Assembly: GCA_963814915.1 (NCBI GenBank)
Contig: CAWFEI010000008.1
Location: 20,179 to 84,178, forward strand
Direction: 5' to 3'
Length of the DNA: 64,000 bases
Source of the DNA: an uncultured Solirubrobacterales bacterium
GTDB taxonomy: Bacteria; Actinomycetota; Thermoleophilia; Solirubrobacterales; 70-9
Each line of letters starts with the position of its first letter. Within the stretch, counting starts at the first letter, position 1. The position numbers and the translations under genes are program-made. Below the pieces are notes generated by a model. It was not told the DNA's origin. It did not search any database and saw only the letters and a program-made list of their open reading frames with translations. Positions 1 to 9,536 of the stretch are shown here, one piece after another.

Positions 1-515
1 AGCACCGGCGCGAGGTCGACGTCGATGCCGAGACTGCGCAGATTGGCCGCGGTGGCGCGGCCCTGCCCCCGACTGAAGGCGGCGCCACGAGCGCCCATCG
101 TGCGCGCCGAAGCGGTTGGCGCACCGCCGATCCGCTTGACCAGTCCCCCCTCCTGGTCGGTCATGACCAGCAGCGGGTCGCGCAGGCCCGGCGGCCGGGG
201 GATCGCCTGCAGACGGCGGATCAGGAGGCGCCCGGCGGCGCGGCTGGGCAGGTTCCCGGCGAAGAGGACGACGCCGGCGACCTCGCCACGGCGGATCATC
301 CGCGCGACCGCGCGCGGCGGCCGCGCCGCGTCGAAGCCGACCACGATGCGCTGCCCGGCGAGCCGGCGGAGCGACAGCGTGCTGGACACCGCGGGACGCG
401 GGGGGGACCCGTCGCCGAGGGCGGCGCCGAGCGCAAACGCGCCCGCGGCCACCCCGACAAGCGCGGCCAGCGCCAGGCGCCCGCGGCGCCGATGCGTTCG
501 CTGTTTGTCGCGCAC
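1..515 (-). CDS. Glycoside hydrolase family 3 (NagZ/beta-N-acetylhexosaminidase-like). Only the N-terminal part is present; the gene continues past the window start.
   Basis: My own minus-strand translation from GTG at 515 gives VRDKQRTHRRRGRLALAALVGVAAGAFALGA (signal/TM-like), then LLVMTDQEGGLVKRIGG and LGIDVDLAPVL. DQEGG and GIDxDLAPV are GH3 N-domain hallmarks. The ORF track omits it because no stop lies inside the window. Confidence 0.55.
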   Translation of the reverse strand, partial: MRDKQRTHRRRGRLALAALVGVAAGAFALGAALGDGSPPRPAVSSTLSLRRLAGQRIVVGFDAARPPRAVARMIRRGEVAGVVLFAGNLPSRAAGRLLIRRLQAIPRPPGLRDPLLVMTDQEGGLVKRIGGAPTASARTMGARGAAFSRGQGRATAANLRSLGIDVDLAPV

Positions 516-598
516 AGCCAGACAAATAGCGAACTCGCCTCGGAGAGGGGCGGCGCTTGAGCCCAAACGTCCGGGACGACTCCTAGCCTTGCGCCCGA

Positions 599-1777
599 AT
601 GCCCTCCCTGATCGATTTCGAGGAAGCGCTGGCGCTCGGCGAGCTGAGCGACCACGAGGAGATCGGCGAGCTGGTCGAGCGCGCCTGGGCGGTGCGACAG
701 GAGAACTTCGGCGACTCGACCGACATGTGCTCGCTGGTCAACGCCAAGTCCGGTGGCTGCGCCGAGGACTGCGGCTTCTGCGCCCAGTCGCGCTACGCCG
801 AGGCCGACACGCCGATGCACGCGATGATGGAGCCGGAGCAGATCCTCGAGCACGCGCGCGCCGCCGAGGCGGCCGGCGCGCACCGCTTCTGCATGGTCAC
901 CCAGGGCCAGGGGCTCTCCAAAAAAGACTTCAAGAAAATTATCGAGGGCGCGAAGTTGGTCTCCGAGCACACCAACCTGAAGCGCTGCGCCTCGATCGGC
1001 CATATGTCGGGGGAGCGTGCGAAGGCCCTGCGCGAGGCCGGCATCCAGCGCGTCCACCACAACGTCGAGTCCTCGCGCTCCTACTACCCGGAGGTTTCCA
1101 GCACGGTCCGCTACGAGGGCCGCCTGCGCACGATCGACGCGGTCAAGGAGGCGGGGCTGGAGACCTGCGTCGGCGGCATCCTCAACCTCGGCGAGTCCCG
1201 CCGCCAGCGGGTCGAGATGGCCTTCGAGCTCTCCGAGCTGGAACCGGACTCGGTCCCGATCAACCTGCTCAACCCGCGTGAGGGGACAAAGTTCGGCGAT
1301 CGCCCGCTGATGGACGCCTGGGAGGTCGTCAAGTGGGTTGCGATCTTCCGCCTGATCATCCCCGGCGCGCTCTTCCGACTCTGCGGCGGCCGGGTGGAGA
1401 ATCTCGGTGACCTGCAGCCGCTCGCGGTCAAGGCCGGGCTCAACGGGGTGATGATGGGCAACTTCCTCACCACCCTCGGCGCAGAGCCCGAGGACGACCG
1501 GGCGATGTTCGAGGACCTGGGCCTGAACGTGGCCCGCCAGGAGGACAACGGCGCCAACCCACGCCCCGACAACCGTGCCGGCTGGTTGCAGGGCGAGACG
1601 CCCGCGACCCCGATCGACGAGCTGATCGACAGCCAGGGGGAAGCGAACTTCTGGGACCCCTCGACGCAACTGCGGGTGATCAAGAAGACCAAGAAGCCCC
1701 CGCCGTACCCCGGATCAACGGCCGCCTCCTCTGCTCCCGCACGTCCGGGGGCGGCCGGAACCAGCTTGTCGCGATGA
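599..1777 (+). CDS. bioB: Biotin synthase (radical SAM)
   Basis: 392-aa ORF with the CxxxCxxC motif CAEDCGFC and a BioB-like core. Its stop overlaps the bioF start (ATGA at 1774-1777). It lies in a bio gene cluster. Confidence 0.9.
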   Translation: MPSLIDFEEALALGELSDHEEIGELVERAWAVRQENFGDSTDMCSLVNAKSGGCAEDCGFCAQSRYAEADTPMHAMMEPEQILEHARAAEAAGAHRFCMVTQGQGLSKKDFKKIIEGAKLVSEHTNLKRCASIGHMSGERAKALREAGIQRVHHNVESSRSYYPEVSSTVRYEGRLRTIDAVKEAGLETCVGGILNLGESRRQRVEMAFELSELEPDSVPINLLNPREGTKFGDRPLMDAWEVVKWVAIFRLIIPGALFRLCGGRVENLGDLQPLAVKAGLNGVMMGNFLTTLGAEPEDDRAMFEDLGLNVARQEDNGANPRPDNRAGWLQGETPATPIDELIDSQGEANFWDPSTQLRVIKKTKKPPPYPGSTAASSAPARPGAAGTSLSR

Positions 1778-2958
1778 TCGATATAGAAAGCAGGCTGGAG
1801 GAGCTTCGCGAGAGCGGGCTCCACCGCCGGCTGCGGATGGTCGAGGGCGCCCAGGGGCCGCGGGTGACGCTCGACGGGCGCCCGGTGCTGCTGCTCTGCT
1901 CCAACGACTATCTCGGCCTGGCCGGCCACCCGCAGGTGCGCGAGGCGGCGGCCGAAGCGGCGCTCGACCGGGGCGCCGGCGCGGGCGCCTCGCGGTTGAT
2001 CTCGGGCAACATGACGCCACACCGGCGGCTCGAGCGGCGGCTGGCGGAGTTCAAGGGCTACGAGGCGGCGCTGCTCTTCGGCTCCGGCTACCTGGCCAAC
2101 CTCGGCGCGATCTCGGCGCTCGCCGGGCGCGGCCAGGTCGTCTTCTCCGACGAGCTCAACCACGCCAGCATCGTCGACGGCTGCCGCCTGGCCCGGGCGA
2201 AGACCTTCGTCTACCGCCACGGGGACGTCGAGCACCTCGCCTGGGGGCTGCGCGAGGCCGCCGGGCACGGCGCCCTGATCGTCACCGACGGAATCTTCTC
2301 GATGGATGGCGACGTGGCGCCGCTTGCCGACCTGGTTCGGCTGGCGCGCGAGCACGACTGCCGCCTGATGGTCGACGAGGCGCACGCGACCGGCGCGCTC
2401 GGCCCCGGCGGTCGCGGCTCGGTCGCCGCCGCGGGCCTGAGCGACGAGGTCGACCTCGTCGTCGGCACGCTCGGCAAGGCGCTCGGGTCCTACGGCGCCT
2501 ACGCCTGCGCGAGCGCCGAACTGCGCGACTACCTGCTCAACACGGCGCGCTCCTTCATCTTCTCGACGGCATTGCCGCCGCCGGTGCTGGCCGCGGCGCT
2601 CGCCGCCCTGGAGCTGCTCGAGGCCGAGCCGCAGCGCGTCCGCCGCCTCGGCGCCAACGCCGCGGCGTTGCGCGAGGGCCTCGCCGCCGAGGGCCTGACG
2701 CCCGGCGGTGGAACGAGCCAGATCGTCCCCCTGGAGGTCGGCGAGGCGGGCCCGACGATGGAGCTCTGCGAGCGCCTGCTCGAGCACGGTGTATTCGCCC
2801 AGGGGATCCGCCCCCCCACCGTCCCGCCCGGCTCGTCCCGGCTGCGCTTCAGCGTGATGGCGACCCACGAGGAGGCCGACCTGCGCGAGGCGGCGCGCCT
2901 CACCGGCGAGGCCGCGCGCAAGGTGAACCGGACTCCCGCTGTTCCCCTCGCCGCTTGA
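1774..2958 (+). CDS. bioF: 8-amino-7-oxononanoate synthase
   Basis: 394-aa ORF of alpha-oxoamine synthase type, with SNDYLGL, DEAHATG and a GTLGKALG PLP-lysine region. It sits between bioB and bioD. Confidence 0.85.
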   Translation: MIDIESRLEELRESGLHRRLRMVEGAQGPRVTLDGRPVLLLCSNDYLGLAGHPQVREAAAEAALDRGAGAGASRLISGNMTPHRRLERRLAEFKGYEAALLFGSGYLANLGAISALAGRGQVVFSDELNHASIVDGCRLARAKTFVYRHGDVEHLAWGLREAAGHGALIVTDGIFSMDGDVAPLADLVRLAREHDCRLMVDEAHATGALGPGGRGSVAAAGLSDEVDLVVGTLGKALGSYGAYACASAELRDYLLNTARSFIFSTALPPPVLAAALAALELLEAEPQRVRRLGANAAALREGLAAEGLTPGGGTSQIVPLEVGEAGPTMELCERLLEHGVFAQGIRPPTVPPGSSRLRFSVMATHEEADLREAARLTGEAARKVNRTPAVPLAA

Positions 2959-3641
2959 ACAGACTGTTCGTCACCGGGACGGGGACCGAGGTCGGCAAGA
3001 CGGTCGTCGCCGCCGTCATCGCCCACACGTTGGCAAGCACAGGCAAACGCGTCACGGTCTTCAAGCCCGCGGTCACCGGCCTCGACGACCACTCCGCCGA
3101 CAGGCCGGATCATCTGATGCTGCGCGATGCCTCCGGGTCGGAGCAGAGCGACGAGCAGATCGCGCCGTATCGGTACGGGCCGCCGATGTCGCCCCACCTC
3201 GCCGCCGCGCTGGCGGGCGAGGAGATCTCGCCCGCCCGTCTGCTGGAGGGCGCGCGGGCCGTGGCGAGCCGCGGTGAGGCGTTCGTCTGCGAGGGCGTCG
3301 GCGGCCTACTCGTGCCGCTCGCGCCCGGCTATCTGGTGCGCGACTTCGCCGCCGGCCTCGGGCTGCCGCTGGTCATCGCCGCCTCTCCCGGCCTCGGCAC
3401 GATCAACCACACGCTGCTGACGATCGAGGCGGCGCGCTCGGCCGGGCTGGAGGTGGCGATGGTCGTGCTCACACCGTGGCCGGGTGAGCCGTCGGCGATC
3501 GAGGAATCGAACCGCGAGACGATCGCCGCGCTGGGCGAGGTCGAGGTCGAGCTGCTGCCGCCCCTCGACCTCGCCGAGCCTACGGACTGGCCGGCGCTAG
3601 CTCCGCCTCCTCGGCGGCCACCTCCGACCCACCGGGATTGA
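2955..3641 (+). CDS. bioD: Dethiobiotin synthetase
   Basis: 228-aa ORF with the N-terminal P-loop FVTGTGTEVGKT. The TTG start overlaps the bioF stop (TTGA). Confidence 0.85.
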   Translation: MNRLFVTGTGTEVGKTVVAAVIAHTLASTGKRVTVFKPAVTGLDDHSADRPDHLMLRDASGSEQSDEQIAPYRYGPPMSPHLAAALAGEEISPARLLEGARAVASRGEAFVCEGVGGLLVPLAPGYLVRDFAAGLGLPLVIAASPGLGTINHTLLTIEAARSAGLEVAMVVLTPWPGEPSAIEESNRETIAALGEVEVELLPPLDLAEPTDWPALAPPPRRPPPTHRD

Positions 3642-5076
3642 CGGCGGCCTCGGCCGCCTCGAAGCTTGCCGCTTTTGGCTTGCCGCGGATCGTCGCGGCG
3701 GCGATGACGGCGCCGATCAGCGTGACCGCCGCGGAGACGAGCATCGCGTTGCTGAGCCCGTCGACGAAATGCTGCGGCCCGGCTGCCTCGAAGCTGGTGC
3801 CGGCGGAGGCCTGGAAGATCGCGCCGCTGACTGCGACGCCGAGGCTGCCGCCGACCATGCGGAACATCGAGAGCACGCCGGAGGCAATGCCCGCTTTCTC
3901 GACCGCGACGGCGTTCATCGCGGCGCTGGTCATCGGCGACATCGTCAGCGCGATGCCGATGCCGAGCAGCATGAAACCGGGCAGCAGGTCGAGGTAGGTC
4001 GAGTCGACCGCGATCCGGGTGAACGTGTAGAGCGAGGCGGTCAGCAGCAGCAGCCCGGCGACGATCAGCCAGCGCGGGCCGAAGCGGTCGGCGAGCCTGC
4101 CGGCCACCGGCGCGACGCCGACGATCATCAGGGTCGAAGGCAGGAAGCGCACGCCGGCCTCCAGTGGCGAGTAGCGGAGGATGTCCTGCATGTAGAGGGC
4201 GAGGAAGAAGAAGACGCCCATCATCGCGAAGGTAATGATCAGGGCGACCACCACCGCGCCGAGGAAGTTGCGCTCGGTGAAGAAGCGGAATTCGACCATC
4301 GGCGCCCTGACCCGCAGCTCGATCGCGACGAAGGCGAGGGAGGCCAGCACGGCGCCGGCCAGCAGGCCGATGACCTGCGGCGACCCCCAGCCCCAGTCGT
4401 TGCCCTCGACGAGGGCCAGCACCAGCGCGGTCAGGGCGCCCGTCAGGGCGATCACGCCGACGTAGTCGACCTCGCGGCCGACGGTCGTGTCGCGCGACTC
4501 GCGCACGGCGAAGATCGTCGCCATCACGGCGCCGATGGCGACCGGGATGTTGAGGTAGAAGATCGCCCGCCAGCTGACGTGCTCGGTGAGGAAGCCGCCC
4601 AGCACGGGGCCGACGGCCAGGGCCAGGGCCGATACGCCGGCCCAGGTGCCCATCGCCTTGCCGCGCTCGTGCGCGGGGAAAGCGTCGGTGATGATCGAAA
4701 GTGTGCCCGGCATCATCAGCGCCGCGCCGATGCCCTGCACGACACGGCTGGCGACCAGGTCGGTGCTGCTCTGCGCCAGGCCGGCGGTGGCCGAGGAGGC
4801 GGCGAAGATGACGACGCCGAAGAGGAAGATGCGGCGGCGGCCGAAGATGTCCCCGAGCCGCCCGCCGGTGGCGAGTAGGACGGCGAAGGAGAGCGTGTAG
4901 CCGTTGATCGTCCACTCCAGGCCGGAAATCGAGGCGCCCAGATCGCGCTGGATCGAGGGCAGGGCGACATTCACGACCGTGTTGTCGAGCATGATCATGA
5001 ACAGGGCGAAGCACATCGCGCCGAGCGTCCACCACTTGCGGTTTTCGTCGGTGATCAGGTGGCTGTAGCGGGTCAA
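3580..5076 (-). CDS. MFS transporter, DHA2 (EmrB/QacA-like) drug:H+ antiporter family
   Basis: 498-aa ORF with many hydrophobic segments and the LDNTVVNVALPSIQRDLG motif typical of DHA2. The TTG start overlaps the marR stop. Confidence 0.85.
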   Translation of the reverse strand: MTRYSHLITDENRKWWTLGAMCFALFMIMLDNTVVNVALPSIQRDLGASISGLEWTINGYTLSFAVLLATGGRLGDIFGRRRIFLFGVVIFAASSATAGLAQSSTDLVASRVVQGIGAALMMPGTLSIITDAFPAHERGKAMGTWAGVSALALAVGPVLGGFLTEHVSWRAIFYLNIPVAIGAVMATIFAVRESRDTTVGREVDYVGVIALTGALTALVLALVEGNDWGWGSPQVIGLLAGAVLASLAFVAIELRVRAPMVEFRFFTERNFLGAVVVALIITFAMMGVFFFLALYMQDILRYSPLEAGVRFLPSTLMIVGVAPVAGRLADRFGPRWLIVAGLLLLTASLYTFTRIAVDSTYLDLLPGFMLLGIGIALTMSPMTSAAMNAVAVEKAGIASGVLSMFRMVGGSLGVAVSGAIFQASAGTSFEAAGPQHFVDGLSNAMLVSAAVTLIGAVIAAATIRGKPKAASFEAAEAAVNPGGSEVAAEEAELAPASP

Positions 5077-5600
5077 GCTTTGACTCCCTTCAGGTGCTTG
5101 TAGGTGTCGGCGATGTCCTCCCTGTCCATCAACGACTCGATCGCTGCGTCGAGCTTGCGCCGCTGCGCCGGGCTGAGCCCCTCGGCGAAGGCCTCCAGCC
5201 CCGCCTGGCGGACGACCAGCAGAGTGTCGACCAGCTTCTTGCCCTTGCCGGTGATCGCGACCCGGCGCACGCGCCGGTCGTCGGGGTCCTCGACCCGGGT
5301 AGCGAGGTCTTCGCCGACGAGGGCGTCGACCGCCCTGCTCATCGACGGGACCGAGACGCCGAACGTCTCGGCCAGCTCGCCCACCTGGCGCGGCTCGTCG
5401 GCCTCGCCGATTCCGCCCAGCTCGAGCAGCGCCTTGCTCTGCGTCATCGAGAGGCCCGACTCCTCGATCACACGCAGCTGGTTGCCGCGGTCATAGAGGA
5501 AGACGTGGCGCATCAGGGCGCTCAGCCGCGCGGCGGTGTCCCGAGCCTCGGCGCTGGTCGCGGACTTGTCGGCAATCGCCGCGATCTCGCTCGCTTGCAT
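5073..5600 (-). CDS. MarR-family transcriptional regulator
   Basis: Winged-helix core (LSMTQSKALLELG...VGELAETFGVSVPSMSRAVDALV...RRVRRVAITGKGKKL). I prefer the ATG at 5600 (MQASEIAAI) over the track start at 5642, which would run through the operator palindrome. Confidence 0.85.
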   Translation of the reverse strand: MQASEIAAIADKSATSAEARDTAARLSALMRHVFLYDRGNQLRVIEESGLSMTQSKALLELGGIGEADEPRQVGELAETFGVSVPSMSRAVDALVGEDLATRVEDPDDRRVRRVAITGKGKKLVDTLLVVRQAGLEAFAEGLSPAQRRKLDAAIESLMDREDIADTYKHLKGVKA

Positions 5601-5621
5601 GCGAATAATCGTTGCAGTCTC

Positions 5622-5649
5622 ACAACTATTTCTCAAGCACAATAGTTGT
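5622..5649. promoter_or_regulatory. Candidate operator: perfect 9-bp inverted repeat ACAACTATT-N10-AATAGTTGT in the marR/bioA divergent spacer
   Basis: Read directly from the sequence. It lies 22-49 bp upstream of the marR ATG. A second small palindrome, GTGATG-CA-CATCAC, is at 5654-5667. Confidence 0.5.
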
Positions 5650-5739
5650 TCGTGTGATGCACATCACGCTTATGCCGCAATCTGCGCGCGCCCGCCCGTC
5701 GGGTTCCGGCCGAAGGGCGGCGTAGATTCGTCTGCGGCG

Positions 5740-7062
5740 ATGTCGGTGGACCACGCTCAGCTCGATCGCGACCATTTGTGGCACCCGTTCACCCAGCAGC
5801 AAGGCTGGGTCGAGGAAGCGCCCCTGATGATCGAGCGGGCGGAGGGGGCGCAGCTGATCGACAGCGATGGCCGCCGCTACATCGACGGGGTCTCCTCGCT
5901 GTGGTGCAACGTCCATGGACATCGCCACCCAGGCATCGACGCGGCCGTGCGGGAGCAGCTCGACAAGGTCGCGCACTCGACGATGCTCGGCCTCTCCCAC
6001 CCCGGCGCCACCGAGCTGGCGGGGAAGCTCGTCGAGATCGCGCCGCCGGGCCTGACCCGCGTCTTCTACTCCGAAGCGGGTGCGACGGCGACCGAGATCG
6101 CGCTGAAGATGGCCTTCCAGTTCCAGCAGCAGCGCGGCGGCCAGCACGCGCGGCGAACCTCGTTCGTGCACATGCGCGACGCCTACCACGGCGACACGAT
6201 CGGCTCGGTCTCGGTCGGCGGCATCGACGTCTTCCACTCGACCTACCGCCCGCTGCTGTTCGAGGCCCACGCAGCCGAGCCCGGTGACGCCGCCGACCTC
6301 GAGCGTGTCCTCTCCTGCCACGAGGAACAGATCGCGGCGCTGATCATCGAGCCGCTGGTCCAGGGCGCCGCCGGGATGCTGGTCCACCCGCCGGGCTACC
6401 TGCGCGCCGCGCGCGAGCTCTGCGACCGCTTCGGCGTGCTGATGATCTGCGACGAGGTCGCGACCGGCTTCGGCCGCACCGGGACGATGTTCGCCTGCGA
6501 GCAGGAGGACGTCGCACCCGACCTGCTCTGCCTCGCCAAGGGCCTGACCGGCGGCTACCTGCCGCTCGCCGCGACGCTGGCGACCGAGCGGATCTACGAC
6601 GGCTTCCTCGGCGCCCCGGCCGAGCAGCGCACCTTCTTCCACGGTCACACCTACACCGGCAACCCGCTCGCCTGCGCAGCGGCGCTCGCCAGCATCGAAG
6701 CCTTCGAGCGGGAGCGCACGCTGGAGCGCCTGCAGCCGAAGATCGCGCTGCTCGGCGAGCGGCTCGAGGCCGTCGCGGCGATGCCGCAGGTGGCGGAGGT
6801 TCGCCGCCGCGGCGCCATGGTCGGCATCGACCTCGGCGCGCACGACCCGGCGCTGCGGCTCGGCCACCGGGTGACGCTGGAGGCGCGCAAACGAGGCGCG
6901 ATCGTGCGCCCGCTCGGCGACGTCGTCGTGCTGATGCCGCCGCTCTCGATCTCCGCGGCGGAGCTGACCCGCCTGGTCGAGATCACGGCCGAGTCGATCG
7001 AGGCGGCGTGCGCGTCGGCTCACCTGCCGCGGAATGCGGCCGGGCTGGCGCAAGCCGCCTGA
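5740..7062 (+). CDS. bioA: Adenosylmethionine-8-amino-7-oxononanoate aminotransferase
   Basis: Class III aminotransferase motifs (LWHPFTQ, DEVATGFGRTG, LAKGLTGGYLPLAA). I prefer the start at ATG 5740 (MSVDHAQLDRDHLWHPF); the track start at 5536 overlaps marR. Confidence 0.9.
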   Translation: MSVDHAQLDRDHLWHPFTQQQGWVEEAPLMIERAEGAQLIDSDGRRYIDGVSSLWCNVHGHRHPGIDAAVREQLDKVAHSTMLGLSHPGATELAGKLVEIAPPGLTRVFYSEAGATATEIALKMAFQFQQQRGGQHARRTSFVHMRDAYHGDTIGSVSVGGIDVFHSTYRPLLFEAHAAEPGDAADLERVLSCHEEQIAALIIEPLVQGAAGMLVHPPGYLRAARELCDRFGVLMICDEVATGFGRTGTMFACEQEDVAPDLLCLAKGLTGGYLPLAATLATERIYDGFLGAPAEQRTFFHGHTYTGNPLACAAALASIEAFERERTLERLQPKIALLGERLEAVAAMPQVAEVRRRGAMVGIDLGAHDPALRLGHRVTLEARKRGAIVRPLGDVVVLMPPLSISAAELTRLVEITAESIEAACASAHLPRNAAGLAQAA

Positions 7063-7089
7063 AGGAGTCGACGCTTCAGACTTCCCGTT

Positions 7090-7665
7090 GTGACGGAACC
7101 CAGGCCCGCTCGTAGTACGGATGTGAGCGAAGCCATCGTCGCGCCCACCGAGCAGCCGACCCGCGCGCGGGAGACCGGCCTCGTCTTCGAGCAGCTCTAC
7201 AGGGAGTGCCGAGACGACGTCTACGCCTATGTCGCGGGCTTGCTGCGCGACCGGGTCGCCGCCGAGGAAGTCACGTCCGCCGCCTTCGAGCGCGCCTACC
7301 GGAAGCGCTCGCGCTTTGACTCGCGCCGAGGCAGCGCCCGCGCCTGGCTGTTCGGCATCGCCCGCAATGCAGCCCTCGACGAGCTGCGCCACCGCGGCCG
7401 GCAGGCGCGACTGGACAGCGAGCCGGAGGACCCCGGCGGGCAAGCAGCCGTCCACCAAGTCGAACGAAGCGAGCTCCGCCTCGTGCTCGCGGCCGCGCTC
7501 GACGGGCTGGAGCCACGCGAGCGGGAGCTGGTCGCGCTGAAGTACTTCGCCGGGCTGTCCAACGGCGAGATCGGCCGGGTGCTCGACACGAGCGAGTCGA
7601 ACGTAGGCACCCGGCTGCACCGGATCGTCAGCAAGCTGAGGGAGGCGCTCGATGAAGACGCGTAG
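7090..7665 (+). CDS. ECF-type RNA polymerase sigma-70 family factor
   Basis: 191-aa ORF with region 2 (FEQLYRECRDDVYAYV...AWLFGIARNAALDELR) and region 4 (RELVALKYFAGLSNGEIGRVLDTSESNVGTRLHR). Confidence 0.85.
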   Translation: MTEPRPARSTDVSEAIVAPTEQPTRARETGLVFEQLYRECRDDVYAYVAGLLRDRVAAEEVTSAAFERAYRKRSRFDSRRGSARAWLFGIARNAALDELRHRGRQARLDSEPEDPGGQAAVHQVERSELRLVLAAALDGLEPRERELVALKYFAGLSNGEIGRVLDTSESNVGTRLHRIVSKLREALDEDA

Positions 7666-8806
7666 AGACGACTTTGACCTCGCCGCAGAGCTGCGGGCCC
7701 TGCGGCCGGCGCCGCACGCCGATTTTGCCGACAAGCTGGATGAGCGCGTCGCCGAGGATTTCCCTCCAGACCCAGCACGTCAAAGCTCGACGTTCGGGCG
7801 GCTGGTCGATCGCCTTCGGGCGGCTTCGCCAATGCAGGCGCTCACCCCGGTCGCTGCCACCGCAGTGCTGGCAATCGTCGTCGCCACCGCGGTAATCGCC
7901 AGCGAGAGGCCCAGCGGAAATGGACAGCAGCTGGGCCGATCCGCAACGACGGACCAGGCCGCCCGGCCACTCCAACCGGGACCGGCGCCCGCTCCCGTCG
8001 GAGGAAACGGGGCCGCATCCCAGAGTGGCTTCCAATATTCGGAGGCGCCGCCGAACGCAGGCGGGCAAGGAGGGTCAAAGGCCGGCGCCGGAGTTCAGTC
8101 CAAACCGGGAACCTCGGGGCTTGGCAGCAGCGACCGCAACGTCGAACGCGATGCCAGGCTTGTCCTCCGAACCGAGCCGGATCGGGTCGCAGCAGCGGCA
8201 AAGGGCGTTTTCTCCACCGTGCACGAAAACCGCGGCGTGGTCCTCAGCTCCTCGATCGTCGATGAAGGCCCCCGCCCGGCCAGTGCGAGGTTCCAACTGT
8301 TGATTCCGGCGGCGCGTCTGAGCGACGCCCTTGCCTCCCTGTCCCAGATCGCCGAGGTCAGTGCTCGAAGCGAGTCCACGCTCGACATCACCGCGCCGAC
8401 CGTGAACGTCGGCGACCGACTGAAGGACTCGGAGGCGACGATTGAAGGGTTGCTGACCCAGCTGGGCGCTGCCGAAAGCTACGACGACCGGGCCTTGCTC
8501 GAACGGCAGCTGCGACAGGAGCAAGAGCACGCGGCCCGGCTGCGGACGCAGCTCGACCGCCTGCGACAACGAGCCCATTTCGCCAGTGTCGCGCTGCGAA
8601 TCGAGAGCGGACCGGGCGAAAGCTCGAACTCCGCCGGTTGGGGCATCGACGATGCTCTGCGCGACGCAGGTGCGATCCTCGCCACCGCCGCCGGCGTCAC
8701 CGTCGTCGGGCTCGCCGTCCTCGCCCCGCTCGGCCTGATTGCCCTGCTCGCCTGGATCGGCAACCGCGCTTGGGTGCGCCGCCGGCGCGAGCGGGCGCTC
8801 GACTAG
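7652..8806 (+). CDS. Putative anti-sigma factor: one TM segment plus a DUF4349-like extracytoplasmic domain and a C-terminal TM segment
   Basis: It overlaps the sigma gene stop by 14 nt. Layout is a short cytoplasmic N-terminus, a TM segment (LTPVAATAVLAIVVATAVIA), a coiled-coil-rich domain and a C-terminal TM. The DUF4349 assignment is from memory of that family's architecture. Confidence 0.55.
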   Translation: MKTRRDDFDLAAELRALRPAPHADFADKLDERVAEDFPPDPARQSSTFGRLVDRLRAASPMQALTPVAATAVLAIVVATAVIASERPSGNGQQLGRSATTDQAARPLQPGPAPAPVGGNGAASQSGFQYSEAPPNAGGQGGSKAGAGVQSKPGTSGLGSSDRNVERDARLVLRTEPDRVAAAAKGVFSTVHENRGVVLSSSIVDEGPRPASARFQLLIPAARLSDALASLSQIAEVSARSESTLDITAPTVNVGDRLKDSEATIEGLLTQLGAAESYDDRALLERQLRQEQEHAARLRTQLDRLRQRAHFASVALRIESGPGESSNSAGWGIDDALRDAGAILATAAGVTVVGLAVLAPLGLIALLAWIGNRAWVRRRRERALD

Positions 8807-8860
8807 GACTTTTCGGGCGCCATCCGGTCCGAGCCCCGCGGCGGGAGCTAGGGTGGGTCG

Positions 8861-9505
8861 ATGGGCGAGGAGAGACAGCGGGGGCCCGCCGAGGCTCCCA
8901 ATCTCGGTCAGCCGTCCACGCCGCGGCCTTCGGCCTCGGTCGTGCTGCTGCGACGCGGTGGCAAGCACGGGGATCGGGCCCTGGAAATGCTGCTGTTGAA
9001 GCGGACCGAAGAGGCGAAGTTCATGCCTGGCGTATGGGTCTTTCCCGGTGGCGCGGTCGACCCAGACGATGGCGATGGCGAGGCCGGGTACCGGGCCTGC
9101 GCGGTTCGCGAGCTGGAGGAGGAGGCCGGGATCGCGCTGCCCGCCGACGAGGAGCTGGTCCTCTTCTCGCGCTGGATCACACCCGAGGTCGTCTCGCGCC
9201 GCTTCGATGCCTGGTTCTTCCTCGCCCTCGCGCCGGCCCACACCCCTCCCGAGCCCGACGGCATCGAGACGACCGAGGCGCGCTGGTTCGAGCCGCGCGC
9301 GGCACTCGCCGCCCAGGAGGCGGGCCGGCTGGCGCTCTCCTTCCCGACGATCAGCCAACTGCAATCACTGGCGGAACACCCGACTTCGACCGCCGCGATC
9401 GAGGCCCACCGTGGGCGCGCGGTGGAGCCGATCCTGCCCAAGGTGATCGGCTCGCCCGAGGAACACCGGGTCGTCCTCCCCGGCGATCCCGAGTACCCGG
9501 CTTAG
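8861..9505 (+). CDS. NUDIX hydrolase
   Basis: 214-aa ORF with a Nudix-box-like segment, GGAVDPDDGDGEAGYRACAVRELEEEAGI. Confidence 0.8.
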   Translation: MGEERQRGPAEAPNLGQPSTPRPSASVVLLRRGGKHGDRALEMLLLKRTEEAKFMPGVWVFPGGAVDPDDGDGEAGYRACAVRELEEEAGIALPADEELVLFSRWITPEVVSRRFDAWFFLALAPAHTPPEPDGIETTEARWFEPRAALAAQEAGRLALSFPTISQLQSLAEHPTSTAAIEAHRGRAVEPILPKVIGSPEEHRVVLPGDPEYPA

Positions 9506-9536
9506 GCCGAAGCCCCCGCCCGCGGCCCGGTCCCCG

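Noticed and set aside
516-598. A riboswitch or BirA operator upstream of bioB
   Set aside because: The spacer is only 83 nt, and I could find no clear palindrome or conserved riboswitch core by eye. I cannot exclude a weak operator.
25-1281. A 418-aa plus-strand ORF spanning the window start and the first half of bioB
   Set aside because: Its translation is Arg/Pro/Ala low-complexity sequence. The region is better explained by the minus-strand GH3 fragment (1-515) and bioB (599-1777).
1111-2868. A very long minus-strand ORF (585 aa) antisense to bioB/bioF. Similar long antisense ORFs include 296..1669, 3329..5035, 5626..7734, 28514..30484, 30379..32193, 49639..50823, 50937..53045 and 59005..61077.
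   Set aside because: They lie opposite genes with unmistakable family motifs, and their translations are Arg/Ala/Gly/Pro-rich and low in complexity. Stop-free antisense frames are expected at about 70% GC.
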